A stretch of 64,000 nt of DNA from Candidatus Sabulitectum sp. (GCA_029938555.1 JAOZUR010000004.1:4757-68756), one strand, 5' to 3'. Positions 31,777-41,550 are shown, numbered from the stretch's first letter. The notes: generated by a model from the letters alone, not told the origin. Numbers and translations: made by a program.

Positions 31777-31843
31777 ATTTCCTCCTTATACGAAATCCCA
31801 TTATTTCTCATGCAAAAAATCAAAAATTTCCAGACCGCAAACA

Positions 31844-34615
31844 TTAGTTAACCATTTGTTTCAGCAATCTTTTCCTTTTCAATCTTCTACCCACTTTTAA
31901 GAGTTCAAAGACCATAAGAAAAATTGAAGTAGAACCTGCGATACATAACCAGTCGTTTAACCCGAGAGGTGCGAAGTATAAAAATCCAGCCATAACTGGA
32001 ATATTTACGAAAAGAAGAATCATAAATATAGAACCTGCGATTGACCAAAGCAGTATCCGGTTTGTGAAAAAATTCCTGTTAAAAATTGAACTGTAATAAA
32101 ATCTTCTTGAAAGAACATTCACAAACTGACAGAATGCAATTGTGAGATAAGCCAAAGTTGTTGCTCTGAAGTAATCAACCGAAGAAACTTCACCTATAAA
32201 AGAGAGGCCCTGGCGGAACCCGCTGAAAGCAAAATTACCAAAAGCCAGTAACCCTATCAGCCCACCCAACAAAAGCACTTCCAAAGAAGTCTCTTTATTC
32301 ATAATATGAGCTTTAAGATCACGGGGAGCTTCCTTCATAATACTTTTAGAAGATGGATCAAATGTAAGGAAAGTAAGAGGTAAAACTTCTGCAAGAAGGT
32401 CAATTGCAAGAATCTGGATTGCAAGAATCGGAATAGCCCAGTCACCCATGGCAACAGCAATCAAACCCAAAATAACAACACCAAGTTCAGCTGCATTAGT
32501 AGTCATAGAAGCTAACACTGTTTTCTTCAGATTAGTATAAATAGTACGGCCCTCTTGAACTGCATAAACAAGTGAGGTAAAGCTATCATCTAAAAGAATA
32601 AGTTCAGCAGCTTCCTTAGATACATCGGTACCTGTAATTCCCATGGCAACACCTATGTTTGCTTTTTTCAAAGCTGGTGCATCATTAACCCCATCCCCGG
32701 TAACTGCAACAATTTCACCCTGTTCTTCCAACAGTGTAACTATACGAAGCTTGTGCTCGGGGTTAACTCGACTGAAAACAATTGCTTTACCCCCAGCAAG
32801 TATTTCATTAAGTTTTACATCATCCATTTCCTCAAGATTTGCACCTGTATAAACAAGAGGATCACCATCTTGAGAAAGGCCAATCTCTCGACCAATAGCC
32901 TTTGCTGTAATGGCATGATCACCGGTCATAATAATAACCCTGATCTTGGCCTCATGGCAGGAAGCAATTGCCTCTTTTACACCCTCTTTAGGTGGATCCA
33001 TCATGAAAACAAGCCCAAGAAAAACAACATCCTTTTCAACAGTTTCCATGATATAATCAGTGCCATCATTCTCTAGTGGCCTGAAAGCAATAGCAAGCAC
33101 TCGAAGCGCTTTGTCAGAGTACTCTTCATTTAATCTTGTTATCTCTTCAATGTCTTTTTCTGTAATAGGAACTGATTTTCCATCACGATAAATAAATTTG
33201 CTTACTGAAAGAACACTTCCAGTTGCACCCTTCATAGCCAGCTGATGTTTATCACCAAACAACCTGACAGAGCTCATTCTTTTACGCTCTGAGTCAAATG
33301 GAAATTCCTTGATTTCAGGATTTTCTTGATCCTCTGTAGGGCTTCTTGTTCCCACCTTGGTGGACAAAGTAATAAGAGCTGCCTCGGTTGGGTCTCCAAT
33401 AGGATACCAGCTGAGATGATCAGTGTCGGGTTGATGAATTTCTGCATTGGAAGCCATGGTTCCAGCGTCAAGCATAATTTCCATGTTGTTGATTTGATCT
33501 TGATTCAACTTTGTACCATCCAAGTGATGTATACTTCCTTCAGGCTTGTATCCCAGCCCTTTCACTTTGTATTCAGCACCGTTGAACCATAAACCTGTAA
33601 CTGTCATTTCATTCTTCGTGAGAGTACCAGTTTTGTCTGTACAGATAACAGAAGTTGACCCAAGAGTTTCCACACTGGGAAGGCTTTTTACAACTACTTT
33701 TCTTTCTGCCAACCTTTTACTTGCGGCACTGAGTGCAACCGTTACCTGTGCAGGAAGAGCCTGGGGAACAGAAGCAACTGCAATTCCCAGAGCATAGATA
33801 AGACTATTAATCACAGTAAAGCCCTGGTTAACCCCTACAAAAAACAGCACTGCACTTAAAAACACAACAACAGCTGTAAGCCATTTTGCTAGAACATTCA
33901 ATTCCATCTGAAGTGGTGACATTGCAGTTACTGTATCAGAAGCCATACAGGCAATCTTGCCCATTTCAGTATTCTTTCCAGTGCGAACAACAACTCCCCT
34001 GGCACTGCCTGTTGCAACAGTTGTGCCGGTGAATGCCATATTATGTCTGTCAGCAAGAATTACATCTCCATCAAGTGCCTCAGTATCTTTTTCTTGGGGC
34101 ATTGATTCACCGGTAAGGGAGAAATCATTTGTTCGAAGATTGTAAGCTTCAAGCAATCTGATATCTGCAGGTATTTTGTCTCCGGCTTCCACTTCCACAA
34201 TGTCACCTGGAACGAGATCAGATTGTGGTATCTCACTAAGCTGACCGTTAACAATTACTTTAGCAGGTGATTTAATCAGAGCTTTTAGCTTTTCAAGTAT
34301 TCTGCCAGCTTTGTATTCCTGTACAAATCCAATTACAGCATTTACAAAAACAATTATAAACATCACAGCGCCATCCTGATAACTTCCCACTGCAATGGAA
34401 ATAATACCCGCAACAATCAAAACAATAACAAGCAACTCTTTGAACTGTGAAAGAAATACCAGCCACTTTGGAACAGGTTTCTCTACAATTATTTCGTTGG
34501 AACCAAATTCTTTTCTGTAAGCCGTTGCCACCTCTCGGGAAAGGCCATCTCTGCTGGAATTAAGTTCTTTAAGAACTTCAGCAGGTGTTAGTTTGTAATA
34601 ATCTGTTTGCTTCAA
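31844..34615 (-). CDS. cation-transporting P-type ATPase (type II, Ca2+/Mg2+-like)
   Basis: 923 aa with the CTDKTGTLT phosphorylation site, TGDHAITAKAIG, GDGVNDAPALKKANIGVAMG and ten TM segments. Confidence 0.9.
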   Translation of the reverse strand: MKQTDYYKLTPAEVLKELNSSRDGLSREVATAYRKEFGSNEIIVEKPVPKWLVFLSQFKELLVIVLIVAGIISIAVGSYQDGAVMFIIVFVNAVIGFVQEYKAGRILEKLKALIKSPAKVIVNGQLSEIPQSDLVPGDIVEVEAGDKIPADIRLLEAYNLRTNDFSLTGESMPQEKDTEALDGDVILADRHNMAFTGTTVATGSARGVVVRTGKNTEMGKIACMASDTVTAMSPLQMELNVLAKWLTAVVVFLSAVLFFVGVNQGFTVINSLIYALGIAVASVPQALPAQVTVALSAASKRLAERKVVVKSLPSVETLGSTSVICTDKTGTLTKNEMTVTGLWFNGAEYKVKGLGYKPEGSIHHLDGTKLNQDQINNMEIMLDAGTMASNAEIHQPDTDHLSWYPIGDPTEAALITLSTKVGTRSPTEDQENPEIKEFPFDSERKRMSSVRLFGDKHQLAMKGATGSVLSVSKFIYRDGKSVPITEKDIEEITRLNEEYSDKALRVLAIAFRPLENDGTDYIMETVEKDVVFLGLVFMMDPPKEGVKEAIASCHEAKIRVIIMTGDHAITAKAIGREIGLSQDGDPLVYTGANLEEMDDVKLNEILAGGKAIVFSRVNPEHKLRIVTLLEEQGEIVAVTGDGVNDAPALKKANIGVAMGITGTDVSKEAAELILLDDSFTSLVYAVQEGRTIYTNLKKTVLASMTTNAAELGVVILGLIAVAMGDWAIPILAIQILAIDLLAEVLPLTFLTFDPSSKSIMKEAPRDLKAHIMNKETSLEVLLLGGLIGLLAFGNFAFSGFRQGLSFIGEVSSVDYFRATTLAYLTIAFCQFVNVLSRRFYYSSIFNRNFFTNRILLWSIAGSIFMILLFVNIPVMAGFLYFAPLGLNDWLCIAGSTSIFLMVFELLKVGRRLKRKRLLKQMVN

Positions 34616-34641
34616 TGTTAATCCTTATGGTATTTGTAAGA

Positions 34642-34923
34642 CTATTTATTCTCTATTATTCTTCTTTTCATTCTTTTAAATCGGAATACGCCCACTACAA
34701 GCAAAAACAAACTGAAACAGACAAAAATAACACCTATTGTTATGTTATACATACTTGCTGAAAAAAGCTTTACAAGAGTAGCACCAGTTGCAAACAACAT
34801 AATTGCTGTTCGCACATATGCAAGAAAAGTTCGCTCATTAGCAAGAGATGTTCTTTCCCCGGCTAACCTATCTCTTTCAGATGAATCAAATTGGTTTGTA
34901 GTATTTTCAGTGTTAGAACTCAA
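34642..34923 (-). CDS. DUF202 (YidH-like) small membrane protein
   Basis: RDRLAGERTSLANERTFLAYVRTAIMLFATG motif. It lies immediately upstream of the P-type ATPase. Confidence 0.7.
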   Translation of the reverse strand: MSSNTENTTNQFDSSERDRLAGERTSLANERTFLAYVRTAIMLFATGATLVKLFSASMYNITIGVIFVCFSLFLLVVGVFRFKRMKRRIIENK

Positions 34924-34959
34924 GAATCCCCTGCTTCAGAAAAAGTGTTTATCATATAT

Positions 34960-34989
34960 TCACCATGCATTGAGTATACTTCATGGTGA
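34960..34989. promoter_or_regulatory. inverted repeat tcaccatg-N14-catggtga in the divergent promoter region (yidH-ATPase operon versus EamA transporter)
   Basis: 8-bp perfect arms. A gtatac palindrome sits in the spacer. Confidence 0.35.
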
Positions 34990-35086
34990 GCAAAATGGTC
35001 ATAGCTCTATAAAATTCCAATAAAGCTATGTAATATATTCAATTGACAATTCATGATTTTAAAAACCCTTTTTTTGAAAGAATTCT

Positions 35087-35977
35087 GTGAATAAGTTTAT
35101 GAGTCTTCGGGTATACCTATACATCATTCTTCTTGCTGGTCTGTGGGGATCTTCATTCTTTTTTATTAAACTTGCCTTGTTACAAATTACTCCTCTCACA
35201 ATTGTTTTAATCAGAGTGGGAATATCTGCAATAATTCTTAATATCATAGTTTTAGTTTCCGGCAAAAAGATACCTCGTTCCCCAAAGGTCTGGGTCTCCT
35301 TCTTTTTCATGGGTGCTCTGAACAATCTGATTCCATTCAGTCTCATAATATGGGGGCAGCAATTTGTGGAAAGCAGCACTGCCTCTATTCTAAATGCTTC
35401 AGCACCTGTTTTCAGTGTAATTCTTGCTCATTACCTTACAACAGAAGAAAGAATGACTCCTATCAGAGTAATTGGAGTTATTCTTGGACTCACCGGCGTA
35501 AGCATCCTTATTGGTTTTAGTGGAATTCAGATTTCGGGAATGAAGTTACTTGGTCAAGTTGCCATGCTGGGAGCTGCTCTTTGTTATGCCCTATCTGCCA
35601 TTTACGGAAGACGATTCCGAGGAGAATCCCCCATAGTAGTAGCATCAGGTGTTCTTACAGGAGCAACAGTAATGATGATTCCTGTTGTGTTTCTGTTTGA
35701 GCAACCACTTTCACTCTCACCAGACACAACAACAATAACTGCACTTGCTGGGCTGACACTGCTCAGTACTACTCTTGCTTATGTTTTCTATTTTAAAACT
35801 CTGTCTCTCACAGGCCCTACAAACCTGCTTCTAGTCACATTCCTCATCCCGATTGTTGCAGTTTTTCTAGGTGTTGTCGTTCTTGGTGAAAGCCTTGGGT
35901 TGAATGTAATAATCGGAATGATATTCATATTTGCAGCTCTTGTTGTAACCGATGGAAGGGTATTCAAAAATCGTTGA
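35087..35977 (+). CDS. EamA/DMT-family transporter
   Basis: 296 aa with ten TM segments and two EamA repeats. Confidence 0.8.
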   Translation: MNKFMSLRVYLYIILLAGLWGSSFFFIKLALLQITPLTIVLIRVGISAIILNIIVLVSGKKIPRSPKVWVSFFFMGALNNLIPFSLIIWGQQFVESSTASILNASAPVFSVILAHYLTTEERMTPIRVIGVILGLTGVSILIGFSGIQISGMKLLGQVAMLGAALCYALSAIYGRRFRGESPIVVASGVLTGATVMMIPVVFLFEQPLSLSPDTTTITALAGLTLLSTTLAYVFYFKTLSLTGPTNLLLVTFLIPIVAVFLGVVVLGESLGLNVIIGMIFIFAALVVTDGRVFKNR

Positions 35978-35992
35978 GTTACCGGCAACAAA

Positions 35993-37138
35993 TTAAAACA
36001 ACTGCTCACCTTGAACCAAAGCTATAAGTGGTACAACCTCAACCCGGTTGTTCAAACGGAATCTTTTTGTACCTGGATATACAATTACAAGTTTTTCAAG
36101 ATTTAAATCTTCAAGCGCAATTCGAATGGAAGGTGTGATTTTAGGAGTATCAGTTCTCTTGCATTCAATACCAAACAAATTTCCGTTTTTCTCTAGAATC
36201 AGATCAACCTCTGCACCTTGATGGGTTGACCAAAAATAGGCTTCTTCATACTGGGATACTGCAAGAATTTGCTCTATTACAAGTCCTTCCCAGGAAGCTC
36301 CAACTTTGGGGTGAATAAGAAGTTCTCTTAATGATGAGATACTAAATAATCTGTGTAGCAACCCCGTATCACGAATATAAATTTTGGGAGTTTTGACCTG
36401 TCTTTTTTTTATGTTAGCATAGTATGGTTTCAATTGTCGAACCATAAATGCATCTGTGAGTAAATCCAGATAGCGTCTGGTGGTGTTTTGACTAACTCCA
36501 AGAGCTTTTGCAGGAGCAGCTGCATTCCAGTTTTGACCATGATAATGAGCAAGCATTCTCCAGAATCTACCTAGAGCTGATGCTGAAATTTGTACACCCC
36601 ACTGAGGGAAATCCCTTTCTAATAGGGTTTGAATAAAACTATCGCGCCAAACGATACTATCAAAAATATTGTCTGCAAGAAACGACCTGGGAAATCCTCC
36701 ACGAAGCCATAGAGCTTGTAGATTATCTTTGCCAATTTCCTCTAAAGTAAAACCAGCTATTTTAATAATTTCTATTCTACCTGCAAGACTTTCAGAGGTT
36801 TGTCGAAGAAGAGTACCAGATGCACTTCCTAAAATAAGAAACTTAGCTGAATTATCATCTCTGTCAACCAAAAATCTAATTACATTAAACAGATCTGGGT
36901 GTTTTTGCACTTCATCGATTACAATTAACCCATTTAAAAGAGACAGTGCAGTTACCGGTTCACTGAGCCTTTGAAGATCAAGCGGATTCTCTAAATCGAA
37001 GTAATTAGCTGATTCTGGTGAAAGAAATGTTCTAGCAAGTGTAGTTTTCCCAGTTTGACGAGCACCTGAAAGCAATACTACCCTGCTTCTTCCCAATGCC
37101 GATTCAATTCTATTTCTTAGTTTTACTCTTTTAATCAT
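35993..37138 (-). CDS. AAA+ ATPase with C-terminal DUF4143
   Basis: MIKRVKLRNRIESALGRSRVVLLSGARQTGKTTLAR carries the Walker A motif, and the C-terminus is a DUF4143-type region. The ORF-track TTG start at 37171 would lie inside the Fic terminator hairpin. Confidence 0.75.
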   Translation of the reverse strand: MIKRVKLRNRIESALGRSRVVLLSGARQTGKTTLARTFLSPESANYFDLENPLDLQRLSEPVTALSLLNGLIVIDEVQKHPDLFNVIRFLVDRDDNSAKFLILGSASGTLLRQTSESLAGRIEIIKIAGFTLEEIGKDNLQALWLRGGFPRSFLADNIFDSIVWRDSFIQTLLERDFPQWGVQISASALGRFWRMLAHYHGQNWNAAAPAKALGVSQNTTRRYLDLLTDAFMVRQLKPYYANIKKRQVKTPKIYIRDTGLLHRLFSISSLRELLIHPKVGASWEGLVIEQILAVSQYEEAYFWSTHQGAEVDLILEKNGNLFGIECKRTDTPKITPSIRIALEDLNLEKLVIVYPGTKRFRLNNRVEVVPLIALVQGEQLF

Positions 37139-37140
37139 AA

Positions 37141-37186
37141 CTAAAAATACCATGAAAATAGCACATGTCAAGTGCTATTTTCATGG
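37141..37186 (-). terminator. strong intrinsic terminator after the Fic gene (also hairpin-competent on the plus strand)
   Basis: Perfect 15-bp stem ccatgaaaatagcac / gtgctattttcatgg with loop atgtcaa. A TATTTTTAG run follows on the minus strand. Confidence 0.7.
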
Positions 37187-37201
37187 TGTTTTGGTTTGTT
37201 T

Positions 37202-38158
37202 CTACTCAAACCTATATGTGCTTGTACTTTTATCTCCACTTTTTTTGATAAGCTGATTTTCTACAGCATACTTTAAGTCTCGACTAGCAGTTGCTGAAGA
37301 GATCTCTCTAAAATTTCTTAGATATTCCTTGCGGGTAAAACATTCTTCCTTAATGATTGTCTTAAACAAATCAATTCTATCGATTTTTGTTAGATTTACA
37401 TTATTGCTATTAAGTAATTCTTTAAGAGATTCAAGAATGATTTCGAGCATGAATTCAATAAAAACTGTTGCCTCACCCATATCATCTGATTTTCCCAGTG
37501 CTTCATAATATTTTGCCTGACGCTCTTTTATCAAAGTCTCAACTGGCAAGAATTCAAATACAGGGTAAACACTCTTTAAAATTAAGGTTTGCCACAATCG
37601 CCCCATTCTACCGTTCCCATCCATGAACGGATGAATGAACTCCAATTCATAATGAAATACACAACTTTTAAGTAACAGTAAGTCGTTGTCCTTTTTTAGA
37701 TAGGTAAATAAGTCATTCATTAGTGCTTTGAGCATATGAGCTGGTGGTGCAATGTGAGTAACTTCAGAGCCTTTAGCAATTCCAACAGATTTATTTCTTA
37801 ACTTGCCTGGTGATTCTATAAGTCCGTCCATAAACATTCCATGAGCCTTGCAAAAAGAATTAAAACCATAGGGGTTTAGTTTATATAAGTAATCATAAAC
37901 AGCTATTGCATTTTTAACTTCTAAGATGTCTTTCTTAGGGGCAAATACTCGCTTATTTTCAACGATTGCAGTAATTTGCTCAATCGATAATGTATTACCC
38001 TCTATTTCCAGTGAAGAATGAATAGTTTTTATCCTGTTCTTTTTTCTTAATTCAATAGGAGGTTTGTTTAAATGCGCTGAATTAACCTCACCTATTCTTT
38101 CAGAAATCAAAGCTACTAAGTTTAATATTTTACCAGTTATGTTGTAAGGTGGTTTCAT
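37202..38158 (-). CDS. Fic-family protein (AMPylase-type) with C-terminal DeoR-like winged HTH
   Basis: Canonical Fic motif HPFMDGNGRMGR. The C-terminal REISSATASRDLKYAVENQLIKKSGDKSTSTY is the wHTH. Confidence 0.9.
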   Translation of the reverse strand: MKPPYNITGKILNLVALISERIGEVNSAHLNKPPIELRKKNRIKTIHSSLEIEGNTLSIEQITAIVENKRVFAPKKDILEVKNAIAVYDYLYKLNPYGFNSFCKAHGMFMDGLIESPGKLRNKSVGIAKGSEVTHIAPPAHMLKALMNDLFTYLKKDNDLLLLKSCVFHYELEFIHPFMDGNGRMGRLWQTLILKSVYPVFEFLPVETLIKERQAKYYEALGKSDDMGEATVFIEFMLEIILESLKELLNSNNVNLTKIDRIDLFKTIIKEECFTRKEYLRNFREISSATASRDLKYAVENQLIKKSGDKSTSTYRFE

Positions 38159-38168
38159 AAATCATCCG

Positions 38169-38202
38169 ATCATTGATAGTATCATTTGATACTATCAATG
38201 AT
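38169..38202. promoter_or_regulatory. 34-bp palindromic operator (16-bp perfect arms, 2-bp spacer) immediately upstream of the Fic start
   Basis: atcattgatagtatca tt tgatactatcaatgat. It begins 11 nt upstream of the Fic ATG. Confidence 0.6.
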
Positions 38203-38250
38203 AAAGCTTCTTTGATGATTTGCCAAGAACTGGATTTAACTCACACTATT

Positions 38251-39270
38251 CTATTCCCTTTTACTGCCGTTACTAGTGATCATTTCTTCAAGCTGTTTTA
38301 GTTCAATTAAGTCTTCTTTATCAGCAGCTTGAGCCTCATAAGTATTTCGTTTTTTACTAAAATCACTATATATTTCTTTTACCTTTTCTTTCATCAATTT
38401 GTTACTAACATTTCCCTTGGTATTTAACAATGGCTTATTGTTAAACTCCAGCAATTTATCTACATTTTCAGTCCAAAACTTCATGGTAAGATCTTGGTGA
38501 TCCATCACTCGTAATTCAGCTGATTCCAAAAAGATTACAACAAGACGATTAAGAACGTCTATTTCTTGTTTGGTAAGATAGTTCTTTGCAACAAAAATAT
38601 CCTGTTTCCTTACTTTATTACCCTTCCAATTGCTAAGAGCCATATTGAGCTTACTAGCATCAGCCCTGGAAACAATTATCTCTGCTGCTGTTTTTTTACA
38701 AACCGCATACAACAATTTATTCTGAGTTTCGGCAAAAAACATCTGTGTAGATTTATCTGATTTATCATAATCATTACTGAGGGCGAAAAGCTCTCGAATT
38801 TTTTGATAAAAGCGCTTCTCCGAGGCTCGAATCTCTCTAATTCGTTCAAGCAATTCATCAAAGTAATCAGGTCTTCCGTCTGGGTTTTTTAATCGTTTTT
38901 CATCTACCAAAAAGCCTTTAACAAGATACTCCTTCAAATGTTGATTTGCCCATATCCTAAATTGTGTACCTCGCTTACTTCGTACCCTAAAGCCAATGGC
39001 TAAAATCATTTCCAAAGAATAAAAAGTAACACTATATTCCTTACCATCAGTGGCAGTTGTTAAGTAATCCTTAACAACTGAAATTCGCTCTAATTCACCT
39101 TCATTCAATATGTTAGATATATGCATGCTAACATTCGGAATCGAGGTGTCAAAAAGTTCTGCTAACTGATTCTGATTCATCCAAACCATTCCGTCTTTGG
39201 CATAAAGGGAAACCGACGCTTTCCCATCAACTGAGTTATAGATTATCATGTTTTTCTTATCTCTTGGCAT
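38251..39270 (-). CDS. virulence RhuM-family protein
   Basis: IIYNSVDGKASVSLYAKDGMVWMNQNQLAELFDTSIPNVSMHISNILNEGEL matches the RhuM N-terminal signature. Confidence 0.85.
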   Translation of the reverse strand: MPRDKKNMIIYNSVDGKASVSLYAKDGMVWMNQNQLAELFDTSIPNVSMHISNILNEGELERISVVKDYLTTATDGKEYSVTFYSLEMILAIGFRVRSKRGTQFRIWANQHLKEYLVKGFLVDEKRLKNPDGRPDYFDELLERIREIRASEKRFYQKIRELFALSNDYDKSDKSTQMFFAETQNKLLYAVCKKTAAEIIVSRADASKLNMALSNWKGNKVRKQDIFVAKNYLTKQEIDVLNRLVVIFLESAELRVMDHQDLTMKFWTENVDKLLEFNNKPLLNTKGNVSNKLMKEKVKEIYSDFSKKRNTYEAQAADKEDLIELKQLEEMITSNGSKRE

Positions 39271-39481
39271 GGTACTGTCTCTCTGAATAGTGCTCTTTTT
39301 TCATCAAATTTACGCAGTTTATTATACAACAACTTCTTCTACTATATCCTGCATATTCGGGTTTAGCAATACCTTTAAATGGTAATTCAAATTTCTAATT
39401 CTACTGTAACAACTGTAAGCCTGAATGATTTTATCTTTACTGCTGTAGCAAAGTAGTTTTCCTGAAACTATATTAGCCTCT

Positions 39482-40717
39482 ATGTTTGAAAAAATACTAA
39501 TTTCTCTTCTTGAAATAAAAGAAGTGGTAAGCATTCATCCTGTATTTGGTGTTGGAATCTTGCTTGTGGGCAGTTTTTTCTTAGGAAGACTGGCCTTCAA
39601 GGTGGGTATTCCAGCTATTACCGGGTTTATTGTTGCCGGTATGATTCTTGGTCCATCCATCACCGGTTTGGTTCACACTGATCTTCATGACGAACTTGGC
39701 ATTATCACCGAGGTGGCTCTTGCTGTTATTGCTTTGGTCATTGGAAGCGAATTCAGCCTTGTTAAACTTCGCCGCACGGGAAAAGCCGTTGTAATTATCA
39801 CCCTTGTTCAAATGTTTTTATCCTTCGGAGCTGTAACTGCTGTTTTGTGGCTAACTGGGCTTATGCCACTAGCTGCAGCTGCTCTTCTTGGCGCTGTTGC
39901 TTCTGCAACTGCTCCTGCTGCGACTGTAGCTATTGTTCGTGATCTAAAAGCAAGAGGTCCATTTGTAGATCATCTGTACGGCGTTGTTGCCCTTGACGAT
40001 GCTGGAAGCGTACTTTTATTTAGTATTGTCGCCGCTTTTGCAGGGGCAAGTTTCACCGGTGGTGAAACAGATATTATGCATTCTGTAATGCATGCTGTAA
40101 GAGAGATAGGCGGCTCTGTAATTCTTGGTGCTGTCACCGGGTGGCTTATTCATGTTTCCACTTCAGGTCGAGGTCGAACTAATGAAGTTTACATTGTTAG
40201 CCTTGGTCTAATTTTTCTTCTTACTGCCATTGCAACCACATTTGGATTATCCGCTCTTCTTGCAGGTATGACAGCTGGTGCAGTTCTTGCAAACATGGGC
40301 AGAGGTGCATTCCGAGTTATTTCTTCACTTGAACAGTTATCTCCCCCACTTTATGCAACCTTCTTTGCCATTGCTGGAACCGAACTCAGCTTTAGCATTT
40401 TCTCTGATAGCAAGATTGTACTTATGGGTTTTCTCTTCATCCTTACTAGAGCGGCTGGTAAATACTACGGAGTCTGGGCTGGTGCAAAAATTGCCGGATC
40501 AAACAAACTTATACAAAAATACCTTGGGCTCGCCATGCTACCACAGGCAGGTGTAGCTATTGGCCTTGCTTTGTATATTCAAGCTGCTCCATTTTTTGCA
40601 GGCCACCAAGATCTTGCTGCAACCATGGTAAGTATTGTTCTTATGAGTGTTTTTGTTAACGAACTTGCAGGGCCTCCAATTTCAAAATATGCCGTTGTAA
40701 ACGGCGCAACTCTTTGA
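39482..40717 (+). CDS. cation:proton antiporter (CPA/Kef-type Na+ or K+/H+ exchanger)
   Basis: 411 aa with about 12 TM segments and GxxxG-rich helices typical of CPA transporters. Confidence 0.8.
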   Translation: MFEKILISLLEIKEVVSIHPVFGVGILLVGSFFLGRLAFKVGIPAITGFIVAGMILGPSITGLVHTDLHDELGIITEVALAVIALVIGSEFSLVKLRRTGKAVVIITLVQMFLSFGAVTAVLWLTGLMPLAAAALLGAVASATAPAATVAIVRDLKARGPFVDHLYGVVALDDAGSVLLFSIVAAFAGASFTGGETDIMHSVMHAVREIGGSVILGAVTGWLIHVSTSGRGRTNEVYIVSLGLIFLLTAIATTFGLSALLAGMTAGAVLANMGRGAFRVISSLEQLSPPLYATFFAIAGTELSFSIFSDSKIVLMGFLFILTRAAGKYYGVWAGAKIAGSNKLIQKYLGLAMLPQAGVAIGLALYIQAAPFFAGHQDLAATMVSIVLMSVFVNELAGPPISKYAVVNGATL

Positions 40718-41550
40718 GGTCGGTTATGAAAATTTCTTCCATTCTAGACATGTCAGGTTGCAAAAATAAACTTTCTGCTTCAAATAAGAATGATACTTTA
40801 CATATTATGGCAGAATTGCTTTCAAAAAATACAGCATCTGGAACAGAAAATACAAAATCACTTTTTGAGGGAATGTTGCAGCGAGAGGAACTTGGATCAA
40901 CTGGAATGGGTAATGGAATAGCAATCCCTCATTGCCGGTTACCTGGAATGAAAAGATTTGCACTGGCACTCTCAGTTTGTGACAAAGGCATACCATGGGA
41001 TTCTATAGACGGCCGCAGTGTGCACATAATCTGCGCAATTGCAGGCCCTGAAAATGGTACTGAAGAGCATTTGAGGTTGCTTGCTGGAGCAGCAAGAGTT
41101 TTGAGTAACAGCAAAGCAAGATATGAACTGCTCAATAGTCAGACAGACTTTGCCATGCGAGAAACCTTTCTTTACCATCTTTCACCTGTTACATCCAAGC
41201 ACAGCAAAAAAGGAAGAAAAAAACTGTTGCTTATGGTTCTTCAAGAAGAAAAAGTATATAATGATGTAATGGAATTGTTTCTGGAAATGGGTTTAGAGGG
41301 CGCAGTTACAATAAATTCTGATATGATGGGTCCCATGCTTTCCAATGTTCCAATTTTTGCAGGATTTATGGATGTGCTTGGACGCAGCAGACCTGAACCT
41401 AGAATATTACTAACTCTTATTCCAGATGAAACAATAGATAATACCGTAACCGCCGTTGAAGAAATCACCGGCGACCTAGATAACCACCGTGGAGCCTGTA
41501 TAATAATACTGGATACAGTATCAATTAGAGGAAGCCTGGAGACCTTGTGA
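40714..41550 (+). CDS. fusion protein: PTS EIIA(Ntr)-type domain plus PII-like (DUF190/DUF3240-like) domain
   Basis: N-terminal GNGIAIPHCRLPG carries the EIIA-2 phospho-His motif. The C-terminal KLLLMVLQEEKVYNDVMELFLEMGLEGAVTI resembles the PII fold. The start overlaps the antiporter stop (ATGA). Confidence 0.65.
   Translation: MRSVMKISSILDMSGCKNKLSASNKNDTLHIMAELLSKNTASGTENTKSLFEGMLQREELGSTGMGNGIAIPHCRLPGMKRFALALSVCDKGIPWDSIDGRSVHIICAIAGPENGTEEHLRLLAGAARVLSNSKARYELLNSQTDFAMRETFLYHLSPVTSKHSKKGRKKLLLMVLQEEKVYNDVMELFLEMGLEGAVTINSDMMGPMLSNVPIFAGFMDVLGRSRPEPRILLTLIPDETIDNTVTAVEEITGDLDNHRGACIIILDTVSIRGSLETL

Noticed and set aside
39271-39481. 211-nt AT-rich gap after RhuM examined for tRNA, attachment-site repeats or integrase remnants
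   Set aside because: No cloverleaf-like GC-rich segment and no direct repeats matching the other islet border were visible. The track ORF 39322-39534 has no RBS or domain features.
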